Assembly: GCA_934098395.1 (NCBI GenBank)
Contig: CAKOOM010000001.1
Location: 421,493-485,492 of the forward strand
Length of the DNA: 64,000 nucleotides
Direction of reading: 5' to 3'
Source: an uncultured Bacilli bacterium
GTDB taxonomy: Bacteria; Bacillota_I; Bacilli_A; RF39; UBA660
Shown: positions 1 to 7,558 of the stretch, piece by piece
How the letters are laid out: the number at the start of each line of letters is the position of its first letter
Position numbering within the stretch: position 1 is the stretch's first letter
Made by a program: the position numbers and the translations under genes
Notes under the pieces: model-generated
Database searches by the model: none
Told to the model about the DNA's origin: nothing
What the model saw: only the letters and a program-made list of their open reading frames with translations

Positions 1-21
1 CAAGTCCATTCAGGCCCACCA
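1..21 (+). tRNA. 3' end of an upstream tRNA (identity not determinable; 5' part lies outside the window)
   Basis: CAAGT (end of a TTCAAGT T-loop), 5-nt T-stem strand, 7-nt acceptor strand CAGGCCC, discriminator A, then CCA at 19-21. It lies 11 nt upstream of the next tRNA. Confidence 0.5.
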
Positions 22-32
22 TTTTGTATTTT

Positions 33-109
33 GGCCCGTTGGTGAAGTGGTTCAACACACATGCCTTTCACGCATGCATTCATGGGTTCAAATCCCGTAC
101 GGGTCACCA
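33..109 (+). tRNA. tRNA-Glu (anticodon UUC), CCA encoded
   Basis: Acceptor stem GGCCCGT (33-39) pairs with ACGGGTC (99-105, one G-U). Anticodon stem CATGC/GCATG (60-64/72-76) has loop CTTTCAC, so the anticodon is TTC at 67-69. T-loop GGTTCAAATCC, discriminator A, CCA at 107-109. The fold closely resembles Bacillus tRNA-Glu. Confidence 0.9.
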
Positions 110-120
110 ATTGATAATTT

Positions 121-146
121 AGCCTTTGAAATAAAGGCTTTTTTTC
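121..146 (+). terminator. Rho-independent terminator after the tRNA cluster
   Basis: Perfect 7-bp stem AGCCTTT/AAAGGCT (121-127/133-139), 5-nt loop, then T7. Confidence 0.75.
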
Positions 147-162
147 TTTTTTATATTTATGC

Positions 163-183
163 TAGGTACATATTAGGTACATA
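163..183. repeat. Direct repeat TAGGTACATA x2 (11-bp period) between the tRNA and the integrase remnant
   Basis: TAGGTACATA occurs at 163-172 and again at 174-183. The position fits arm-type recombinase sites or an att remnant. Confidence 0.35.
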
Positions 184-272
184 ATTTTACCAAAAAATAT
201 TAATTTTCTATTAAATTTATTATTTCATTGAGTTTAGATTTATACATGTGTGAATATCTATTTAGTGTCATG

Positions 273-1252
273 CTAACCAAGATATTCGGCTACTAGTTTT
301 GGATCAGCATTTTTGGATATTAATAAACTAGCACGGCTGTGTCTAAAATCATGTATTCTTATTTGCTCAACATTAGCAATTTTACAATATTTATTTTTAT
401 GAAATTGAATAGTGGTTTCGAGTGTAGGTTTTATTCCACCGAATACAAACCAATTACTGTTAAAACCATCCAATTTACATTGTACATTATAAAGCGATTT
501 TAGCTGGCATTTTAATTGATTAGTTTCTATAACTAGATTTGGTTTTTGGTGGGAAAATTGACCATTTTTCACCCTTTATTTTTTTGTGAGAGTTTTATTA
601 ACACTGATGGTTCCTAAATCAAAGTCGATATCATTCCAATTCAATGCTTGTAATTTTCCTTGTCTTAAACCACAACAGAATAACACTTTAAATAATGTTA
701 GCCAAAAGTCATCCGTTATTACAGTGCAAAATTGTTTAAATTCACTCGGATTAAAAAAATCCATTTCTTTCTTTTGCTTAAAAGGATCTTTAAACCCACC
801 AGATAGTTTAGGTATCTTATTGTTTACATCATAAAATGTATCACTATAATTAATTAAAGTTATAACTAACTTATGTATTGTATTTTTATAATCTGTACAT
901 AGGCAGTTTATTTAATTCACTCTTGAATTTTTCATACTTCTCTAATGTTAGGTTATTTATTTTTACATCTCCTAAGTATTTATTGATATATTTATATAAA
1001 TTGTTTTTTCTTAAAATTGCTTGTGGTCTAACATAATCTTTTTTCTTTTCAATATATTTATTATATATGTCATCAAAAGTTAAAGATTTTCTTTTGCTTT
1101 CACCGACAGTTAATAAAAATTTTGCTTCTTCTTTTGTAGAAAACTTTTTACTTTTCTTTTGTTTTATATTTCCGTAAATATCTCTATAATTACATTTAAA
1201 GTCCATATTTTATTGTCTTTTGTTTTTTATTTTTTGTCTTATAAACTGGCAT
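273..1252 (-). pseudogene. Tyrosine recombinase (phage-type integrase), multiply disrupted
   Basis: ATG at 1250-1252 sits 8 nt after the SD TAAGGAG and gives MPVYKTKNKK.., then a stop. The same protein continues in other frames as ORFs 886-1206, 576-764 (FCCGLRQGKLQALNWNDIDF core motif) and 273-572 (IHDFRHSRASLL). There are frameshifts near 1200 and 886, an in-frame TAA at 576-578, and a TAG at 273-275 that cuts EYLG*HDTK* before the catalytic Tyr. Confidence 0.85.
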
Positions 1253-1395
1253 AAAAATCACTCCTTATTTCAAATTTTATATTGAATTAGGATTATATTT
1301 ATGCTATAATTAAATCACATAAAAAATCCTAATCGCACTAGATTAATTTTTTGTGTATTTTGGCTAGATACTGTTCCAGCAGTTCTAGTCTTTTT

Positions 1396-2283
1396 TTAAT
1401 TTGTATCTATTTGTTTTATATTCTCATTGTTTTCTAAATATCTACGATTAATATTATTTTCTTTTGTAATGACATTTCTACCAAGTTCTTTTTCTAAATT
1501 ATCACGAGTATTTTTAGCAATATTACCTCCTCGTTTGGCAATTTCTTTGTTTTGTGTTAATCCTTGTGGATTATATTTCTTTGCTAATTCTCTTGTGGCA
1601 GTTTCGCCAATATCTGTTAATAAGATTTCTAAATCGGACATATTATCTCTTAATGATTCTTTTCTGATTCCTTTATATTCTTTGTATTGACTTGCTTTCA
1701 TTCCAGACCAAGCATTATATATTTCGTTTGTTAATATACCATATTCCATAGGTTCATTTATGCCTCCAGATTTCCATACATCTGTTAATTGAAATCTATG
1801 TAATTGACCTTTTAATCTTTTTTCAATCCAAGCATCACTATATCCTTGTGATTTATAAATCATAATACTTCTATCAATTGCTTTTGACGGATCAAAGGTT
1901 TCATCAATTTTTTCACTACCAACTTGGGCTAACCAAAGTTTAAAGGGTTCTGCTTTGGGACTAGGTACACTTTGTATAAGTCTTAATATTCCTTTGGTAT
2001 CTAATACATCAGTGTTATAAAATTTTCCATCTGCTGATTGCATTTTCAGTTGACTACAAATTGTAGCCAACTCAGAACCTTCATTTTTTAATCTTGTTTT
2101 AAGAACACTCCAATATTTCCTTGGATTTAAGCTGTCGGTTAATGCTTTGATAACATCGACAACACTAAAATAGTAATCTTCTTTTTCAACATCCCATTTT
2201 GTTCTAATATTTGTGTTTTCAAATATTCTTATAATATTTTTCTTTTCATTTAATTCATTCTTCTCTTTGACTTCTGTATCCAT
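1396..2283 (-). CDS. BRO-N domain protein with DinD-like C-terminal region (phage antirepressor-like)
   Basis: 295-aa ORF. The N-terminus IRTKWDVEKEDYYFSVVDVIKALTDSLNPRKYWSVLKTRL is typical of BRO-N. The C-terminal half (LRDNMSDLEILLTDIGETATRELA.., RGGNIAKNTRDNLEKELGRNVIT) resembles DinD-type proteins. Confidence 0.6.
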   Translation of the reverse strand: MDTEVKEKNELNEKKNIIRIFENTNIRTKWDVEKEDYYFSVVDVIKALTDSLNPRKYWSVLKTRLKNEGSELATICSQLKMQSADGKFYNTDVLDTKGILRLIQSVPSPKAEPFKLWLAQVGSEKIDETFDPSKAIDRSIMIYKSQGYSDAWIEKRLKGQLHRFQLTDVWKSGGINEPMEYGILTNEIYNAWSGMKASQYKEYKGIRKESLRDNMSDLEILLTDIGETATRELAKKYNPQGLTQNKEIAKRGGNIAKNTRDNLEKELGRNVITKENNINRRYLENNENIKQIDTN

Positions 2284-2392
2284 TTCATACTTCCTTTCTA
2301 TATTTTAAAAATACCTGTATTAGCATATTTTTAAGCATTTTTTTTGATTATCTTATAAACTATATATGCAATTAGTGCAAAAGAGAAAAATG

Positions 2393-2659
2393 TCATCCAG
2401 TTGTCATAATTATCGTTTTCCTTTTTAGTTTTTCATTTTCTTCTTCTAGTTCTCGAATTTTATCTTCTAATTCCGAGGTATTGTTACCATAATTTGAAGT
2501 GTCGGTTAATTCATATTCATTATCGTAACTTCCACAATTACAACTTGGACTATAAGTTCCATCGTTGCATACCCATTTTCCTACATTGGTATCACAATAT
2601 GCTTGTCCTCCGCGCCAAGAACAACAACCACTTCCAGCATCGACTTTATATGGTATCAA
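2393..2659 (-). CDS. Small Cys-rich secreted protein; its 5' end appears disrupted at a homopolymer
   Basis: The motif is GSGCCSWRGGQAYCDTNVGKWVCNDGTYSPSCNC followed by a charged coil. An in-frame hydrophobic leader (KKILIIIIIAIIIL) extends upstream. The only ATG (2701-2703) is out of frame by one base across a T7/A7 run (2694-2700). Confidence 0.4.
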   Translation of the reverse strand: MIPYKVDAGSGCCSWRGGQAYCDTNVGKWVCNDGTYSPSCNCGSYDNEYELTDTSNYGNNTSELEDKIRELEEENEKLKRKTIIMTTG

Positions 2660-2719
2660 TATAATAATTGCTATTATTATAATTATTAAAATCTTTTTTT
2701 CATTATACTCCCTTTTTAA

Positions 2720-3090
2720 TTATTTATCTTTCTTTATTATAAAATCCTTATTTGCTATTGCAAAATCAATTAGTTTTTTTGCATCTTCTTCTGTAATGCT
2801 TTCATCTGCTAAACCTTTATTCTTTAATAATTGTTTATAATTTTCATTGTTTTCCTCGTTAGGAGCAGTTTCTATGTTGATTGTTCTTAAATCTTTGCTA
2901 ACTAGATCGTACAATGAAACGTTCAATGCATCTGCAATTTTAATAGCATTGTCTATTGTTGTTTCAATTTCATTGTTTTCGATTCTAGAAACTGTAGAAC
3001 GATCTATTCCAACTTATCAGCCAAACCTTGCTGAGAAATTCCATTTTTCGTTCTTAAAAATTTAATATTATTATTTAAAAATTCAGCCAT
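2720..3090 (-). pseudogene. XRE-family (cI-like) repressor, frameshifted
   Basis: ATG 3088-3090 gives MAEFLNNNIKFLRTKNGISQQGLADKLE*, with the stop at 3004-3006. Restoring one G at about 3009-3010 gives ..KLGIDRSTVSRIENNEIETTIDNAIKIADALNVSLYDLVSKDL.., which is continuous with ORF 2720-2926. Confidence 0.7.
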
Positions 3091-3139
3091 CTTATTCCTC
3101 CTCTTTGTTAAATTATAGCATAAAAAAACAACTTTTTTT

Positions 3140-3161
3140 GTGTAAATTTGCACACTATAAT
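3140..3161 (+). promoter_or_regulatory. Operator-like near-palindrome GTGTAAATTTGCAC abutting a TATAAT box in the cI/cro divergent region
   Basis: The 14-bp palindrome at 3140-3153 has 6 of 7 symmetric pairs. TATAAT lies at 3156-3161, upstream of the Cro-like gene. No good -35 was seen. Confidence 0.3.
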
Positions 3162-3183
3162 GGGGTTAGTTAGGAGGGATAAG

Positions 3184-3417
3184 ATGCAAAATGCTATAGG
3201 AAAAGAATTGAAAATTATTAGAATAAGAAATAATTTAAGACTTGAAGATGTAGCTGATGATTTAGATATTAATCGAGAAACACTTAGAAGATATGAAAAT
3301 AATTCAAATGGATTATCGGTTGAAAGACTTGAAGAATTATTAAACTTTTATAAAGTAGATAAATCAATTTTTTTTGAAAACGTATGTGCAAATAAGCATG
3401 GTAAAAAAGAAAAATAG
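3184..3417 (+). CDS. XRE-family HTH protein (Cro-like), divergent from the cI-like pseudogene
   Basis: ATG 3184 lies 5 nt after AGGAGGG (3172-3178). MQNAIGKELKIIRIRNNLRLEDVADDLDINRETLRRYENN is a classic HTH_3 pattern. The track ORF starts earlier at a TTG (3148). Confidence 0.75.
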   Translation: MQNAIGKELKIIRIRNNLRLEDVADDLDINRETLRRYENNSNGLSVERLEELLNFYKVDKSIFFENVCANKHGKKEK

Positions 3418-3542
3418 GAAATAGAAATGTATGACGGCAAATATGAAAAAATATTGCTAATACTTTTATCAATACAATTAGTACTTGCAATATTTATAAT
3501 AATAGGAAGTATAGTAGCAATGATTTTAAAATTTAAAGGACT

Positions 3543-4076
3543 TTAACTAATTCTTTTAATTAGTTCTTGTATGGAATTAGCTATCACTTTTAGTTCATTA
3601 CCATTAATACTTTGTTTGGTGTAAGTAACACCATAATCTTGCTGAAGGTTAATTGTGAAAATTTCAGAATGTTTCTTTTTGCCACTTAAATAATCAATTT
3701 TAAAAGAAATAGCTTCGATTCCAGAACATTTGCTTCTAATAGGTAATTTATAAAATTGATTTGGTGCAATATAAGAATCGTTTAAATATTCTAAAGCTTT
3801 ATTAAGATTCAAGTCGCTAAGTTTATTGATACTTTCCTGATCATATGTTAACGATGTTATATGTGCGGTTGTATTACCACCGTTTTTGATAACTAAATAT
3901 TCAACAGGACTATTAATATTTATAACTTCTTTATACATCATAATAAATGCTTTTTTAGATGATTCAATTATTTGATTATTTTGAATCAAAACTATCACTA
4001 TTGAAATAGTAGAAATTATTGCTAATACACCAGAAGATATCGCAACCCATAATTGTATTGTATCACTTACTGTCAT
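3543..4076 (-). CDS. Hypothetical single-pass membrane protein (element cargo)
   Basis: 177-aa ORF with an N-terminal TM helix (LWVAISSGVLAIISTISIVIVLI) and a soluble domain of about 140 aa. I recognise no motif. Confidence 0.5.
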   Translation of the reverse strand: MTVSDTIQLWVAISSGVLAIISTISIVIVLIQNNQIIESSKKAFIMMYKEVININSPVEYLVIKNGGNTTAHITSLTYDQESINKLSDLNLNKALEYLNDSYIAPNQFYKLPIRSKCSGIEAISFKIDYLSGKKKHSEIFTINLQQDYGVTYTKQSINGNELKVIANSIQELIKRIS

Positions 4077-4179
4077 ATAAATACACCTCTCTTTCTTTAT
4101 AACTTTATATTATAAGTGAGGTAAAAACAAAAGTAAATAAAAAGATGCTGAAACATCTATCTAGTGCGAAAGGAGAAAA

Positions 4180-4458
4180 ATGGGAAAGAGTAAAAAAAGA
4201 CCTGTCTATGATTACATTGAACAGGAAAAAATTCTTAATAAACCTTGGTTAAGTACTGAGGATTTAAAAATTATATTACCGCTCGGAGAAAATGCAATAA
4301 ATGATTTTAGAAAATCTGTTTGCGATGAAATGGAAGAAAATAATGAATTTTATTTTAAAACAAGACCTATATTAATTCCTACTAAAAAGGTAGTAGAAAA
4401 ATTAAATATAGATGTCGCCTTAATAAGAAGAGTGGCAAGTAAAATGAGAAAGGGTTAA
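4180..4458 (+). CDS. Small basic protein, possibly an excisionase-like DNA binder
   Basis: 92 aa, with SD GAAAGGAGAAAAATG. The central PWLSTEDLKIILPLGENAINDFRK loosely resembles ICE/phage Xis HTH segments. This is a weak call. Confidence 0.3.
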   Translation: MGKSKKRPVYDYIEQEKILNKPWLSTEDLKIILPLGENAINDFRKSVCDEMEENNEFYFKTRPILIPTKKVVEKLNIDVALIRRVASKMRKG

Positions 4459-4462
4459 TATA

Positions 4463-4681
4463 ATGAAATTTATTAAAAAAATAAAGCGGGATAGTTCTTT
4501 AAATGGAATAAATAAAATAGCTAAAGAACAGGGAAGAGATGTTGCTTATAAAATTGCAGATAAGATTATAAAAAATACATATAAAACGTTAATGACTAGG
4601 GGAATGAAGGGTTGTTATGTTTATTGTGTAGATAAAAATTTAAGTAATTATATAAAGAAAAGTATAAAGCAAGAGAATTAA
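4463..4681 (+). pseudogene. C-terminal stub of a DUF2075-type (helicase-like ATPase) gene
   Basis: The 72-aa ORF ends ..NTYKTLMTRGMKGCYVYCVDKNLSNYIKK, which is the characteristic C-terminal motif of 500-600-aa DUF2075 proteins. The rest of the gene is absent. Confidence 0.5.
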
Positions 4682-4751
4682 TTATTATATAGAAGTCCTT
4701 AGGGGCTTTTTTTTATTCCTTTTTATGATATAATTAATATAGGTGATATAT

Positions 4752-5960
4752 ATGAAAGATAAATATTTAGTGGTTAATTGTGGTAGTTCTTCATTGAAGT
4801 TTTCTTTATATGAGATGCCAACTGAAAATGAATTGATTAATGGTTATATTGAAAAGATTGGGTTTGAAGATAGTTTTTGGACTATTAAGTATAATGGTAG
4901 TAAAATTAGAAAAAGTAAGTATATTGAGGATCATGGGGATGCCGTATCGGTAATGATAGATGAGTTACTAGAAAACAAAGTAATTGATTCGCTTGATGAG
5001 ATTAAAGGAATAGGACATCGGGTATTACATGGAGGAGAGAAGTATAATGATTCGGTAATAATTGATGAGAATGTACTTTTAGATATTGTTAAGCTTACTA
5101 ATTTAGGACCATTACATCATCCGGGAGAGATTGCTGGTATTAGAGCTATGAGAGATAGTATTCCTAGTGCGGTAAATGTAGCTGTTTTTGATACGGCTTT
5201 TCATCAAACAATGCCAAAGGAAAATTATATATATGCATTACCTTATGAATGGTATGAAAAGTATAAAGTTAGGAGATATGGTTTTCATGGTACCAGTCAT
5301 AAATATATTACAATGATGATGAAGGAGAAACTTGGACGAGATGATGTTAATTTAATAATATGTCATGTTGGTAGTGGTGCTAGTATTACTTGTATTAGAG
5401 ATGGAAAATGTTTTGATACATCAATGGGACTTACACCATTAGATGGATTGATAATGGGAACGCGTTCTGGTGAAGTTGATCCGTCAATTATTAAATTCAT
5501 GGCTGATGAAGCAGGTATGAATGTTGATTATATTACAGATATTCTTAATAAAAAGAGTGGTTTGTTAGGAATATGTGGTAAAAATGATTTTAGAGATGTT
5601 GTGGCATTAAGTAATGCTGGTGATGAGCGAGGAAGACTTGCTTATAAAATGTTTATGGATGCGATTATTAAACATATAGCAGAATATTATTTTGAATTAG
5701 AAGGTAAGTTAGATGCGATAGTATTTTGTGCTGGTGTTCTTGAGAATAATGTTATGTTAAGAGAAGATATTATAAATAGTTTATCACATTGTATGAGTCT
5801 TAAATTAGATAAAGAGAGTAATGATAATATTGGTTATGGCCATGATGAATCTGAAGGAATTATTACTACCAAGGATTCAGATATTTCAGTATATGTACTT
5901 CCAACAAATGAAGAGGTAATGATTGTTAGAGATACATATAGATTAATAAATAGTTGTTAG
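4752..5960 (+). CDS. ackA: Acetate kinase
   Basis: MKDKYLVVNCGSSSLKF.., HRVLHGG, FDTAFHQTMP, RRYGFHGTSH, ICHVGSGASI and GTRSGEVDP are all canonical AckA motifs. ATG 4752 lies 6 nt after AGGTG. Confidence 0.95.
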   Translation: MKDKYLVVNCGSSSLKFSLYEMPTENELINGYIEKIGFEDSFWTIKYNGSKIRKSKYIEDHGDAVSVMIDELLENKVIDSLDEIKGIGHRVLHGGEKYNDSVIIDENVLLDIVKLTNLGPLHHPGEIAGIRAMRDSIPSAVNVAVFDTAFHQTMPKENYIYALPYEWYEKYKVRRYGFHGTSHKYITMMMKEKLGRDDVNLIICHVGSGASITCIRDGKCFDTSMGLTPLDGLIMGTRSGEVDPSIIKFMADEAGMNVDYITDILNKKSGLLGICGKNDFRDVVALSNAGDERGRLAYKMFMDAIIKHIAEYYFELEGKLDAIVFCAGVLENNVMLREDIINSLSHCMSLKLDKESNDNIGYGHDESEGIITTKDSDISVYVLPTNEEVMIVRDTYRLINSC

Positions 5961-5967
5961 TAATGGA

Positions 5968-5999
5968 ATAGTGTTAAACGATGTTTAATGCTATTTTTT
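5968..5999 (+). terminator. Terminator after ackA
   Basis: 11-bp stem ATAGTGTTAAA/TTTAATGCTAT (two G-U pairs), 5-nt loop, then T5. Confidence 0.55.
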
Positions 6000-6000
6000 G

Positions 6001-6075
6001 TGTTATAATAGAAATGCAACCGATAATTTACAAAAAACAACTACTAGTTGGTGGAATGCAACCGGTTATTATAAT
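6001..6075 (+). promoter_or_regulatory. Promoter region with two copies of (G)AATGCAACCG, each next to a TATAAT box
   Basis: TGTTATAAT lies at 6001-6009 and is followed by GAAATGCAACCG (6011-6022). GGAATGCAACCG (6053-6064) is followed by TATAAT (6070-6075). The repeat spacing is 42 bp. Confidence 0.35.
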
Positions 6076-6097
6076 AAAATGGCGATGAGGTGTGAAA

Positions 6098-7519
6098 ATG
6101 GAATTTAATGAAAAATTACAAAAATTAAGAAAAGAACATAATATAACTCAGGAAGGTTTGGCAGATAAGTTAAATGTTAGTAGACAAGCTGTTAGTAAGT
6201 GGGAATCTGGTAGTGCTTATCCAGATATGGAAAAGTTAATATCACTTAGTAGAATTTTTAATATTAGTTTAGATGATCTTGTTAATGATAAGAAATTAGT
6301 ATCTAAAGAGAAATGCGTTAAAAAGATGTATTTTAAGGATATGATAGATAAGGTAATAGAATTTATTTCTAAATCTATTAATATGTTTTGGTCAATGAAA
6401 TTTAGTGAGAAGATAAAGTTTTTATTTGAAATGGGAATAATTGTTTTAATGACTTTATTAATTGCTTATGTTACTACGGAGATTATTTGTTCGATATTTA
6501 GAGAGATTTTGGCAGTTTTACCTAGTGATATATATATATTTATTATGACTTTGATTAGTTCTTTGTTATCTATTATATGGATGATTTTAGGGGTAATAGT
6601 TGTTATTAAGGTATTTAAGGATAGATATTTAGATTATTATTTAGTAGTAGATAACGATATGGAAATGGATATAGATAAAGATATAAATGATAAGAATGAA
6701 TTAGTAGAAAAAGAAAATATTCAGAATAAATTTACTAGAGAAAAGAAAGAGTATAAAGTAATTATTAGGGATCCGGATGATAGTAAATCTAATGTCTTTG
6801 ATAAGTTGTTAAAGATATGTATTAATTTATTTAAATGCTTTTTGTTGTTTGTAGCAATACCAGTAATAATTTTATTTGTATTTTTAGTTGGATGTATGAT
6901 AGTAGATTTATTTTATGTTAAATATGGATTATTATTTGTTGGAGCAGGTATTTCAATAGTTGGTGCTATAGTATTTGTGTATTTATTTATAGAGTTTATT
7001 TATAATGTTATTTTTAATAGAAAACATGCATTTAGTAGGATATTTATTATGCTTATTATTAGTATATCTTTTGTGGGAATAGGACTTGGTTTATCGACAT
7101 ATTCACTTAGTACATATGATTATATTTATAGTGATGAGATAAATAATAAGAAGGATAGTCATATAATTGAAATGGATGATGAATTAGTTTTGATGAATAT
7201 GGATGGTTTACTAGATAAGATAGTTATTGATAATAATAGAAATGATATTAAGATAGATATTAAGACAAGCGATTGTGTGGATGTATATGTATATTCATAT
7301 ATGAGTGAAGATAGTGATGGTAATAGTTATAAGATAATACATATTAATGATAATAGGTATGGGTATGATTATTTTAAAATGGTAGTTAAATATTTAACGA
7401 ATAAGGAAATAGTTGTTAATAATGATGGTTTATATGAAATAGATAAGATATATATATCAGAAGATAACTTGACAAAAATAAAGAAAAATTATGAGAGATA
7501 TATGAATGATTATGAATAA
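6098..7519 (+). CDS. Membrane-tethered XRE-family transcriptional regulator
   Basis: The N-terminus LRKEHNITQEGLADKLNVSRQAVSKWESGSAYPDMEKL is an HTH_3 domain. Several TM helices and a C-terminal domain of about 130 aa follow. ATG 6098 follows GAGGTG. Confidence 0.75.
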   Translation: MEFNEKLQKLRKEHNITQEGLADKLNVSRQAVSKWESGSAYPDMEKLISLSRIFNISLDDLVNDKKLVSKEKCVKKMYFKDMIDKVIEFISKSINMFWSMKFSEKIKFLFEMGIIVLMTLLIAYVTTEIICSIFREILAVLPSDIYIFIMTLISSLLSIIWMILGVIVVIKVFKDRYLDYYLVVDNDMEMDIDKDINDKNELVEKENIQNKFTREKKEYKVIIRDPDDSKSNVFDKLLKICINLFKCFLLFVAIPVIILFVFLVGCMIVDLFYVKYGLLFVGAGISIVGAIVFVYLFIEFIYNVIFNRKHAFSRIFIMLIISISFVGIGLGLSTYSLSTYDYIYSDEINNKKDSHIIEMDDELVLMNMDGLLDKIVIDNNRNDIKIDIKTSDCVDVYVYSYMSEDSDGNSYKIIHINDNRYGYDYFKMVVKYLTNKEIVVNNDGLYEIDKIYISEDNLTKIKKNYERYMNDYE

Positions 7520-7558
7520 TTATAGATAGATGATATAATTAATTAGGGAGGATATTTA

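Larger units (their letters stand above)
150..4700. mobile_element. Degenerate integrative element or prophage remnant inserted beside tRNA-Glu
   Basis: An integrase pseudogene sits next to the tRNA 3' end. The region also has a BRO-N gene, a divergent cI-like/Cro-like XRE pair, an Xis-like small ORF and a truncated DUF2075 gene, and it ends at ackA. I could not find an attR copy of the tRNA 3' end, so the right boundary is approximate. Confidence 0.6.

Noticed and set aside
586-3490. Track ORFs 586-834(+), 1427-1690(+), 2565-2840(+), 2847-3065(+) and 3284-3490(-) in the element region
   Set aside because: All lie antisense to, or out of frame with, better-supported genes (integrase pieces, the BRO-N gene, the XRE genes). 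Their translations are low-complexity Leu/Ile/Phe/Ser strings typical of the opposite strand in AT-rich coding DNA. None has an SD.
4682-4745. attR (a direct repeat of the tRNA-Glu 3' end) at the right edge of the element
   Set aside because: I scanned 4080-4180 and 4680-4745 for GGGTCACCA or TCCCGTACGGG-like segments and found none. The right junction has probably been deleted along with most of the DUF2075 gene, so no att site is claimed.
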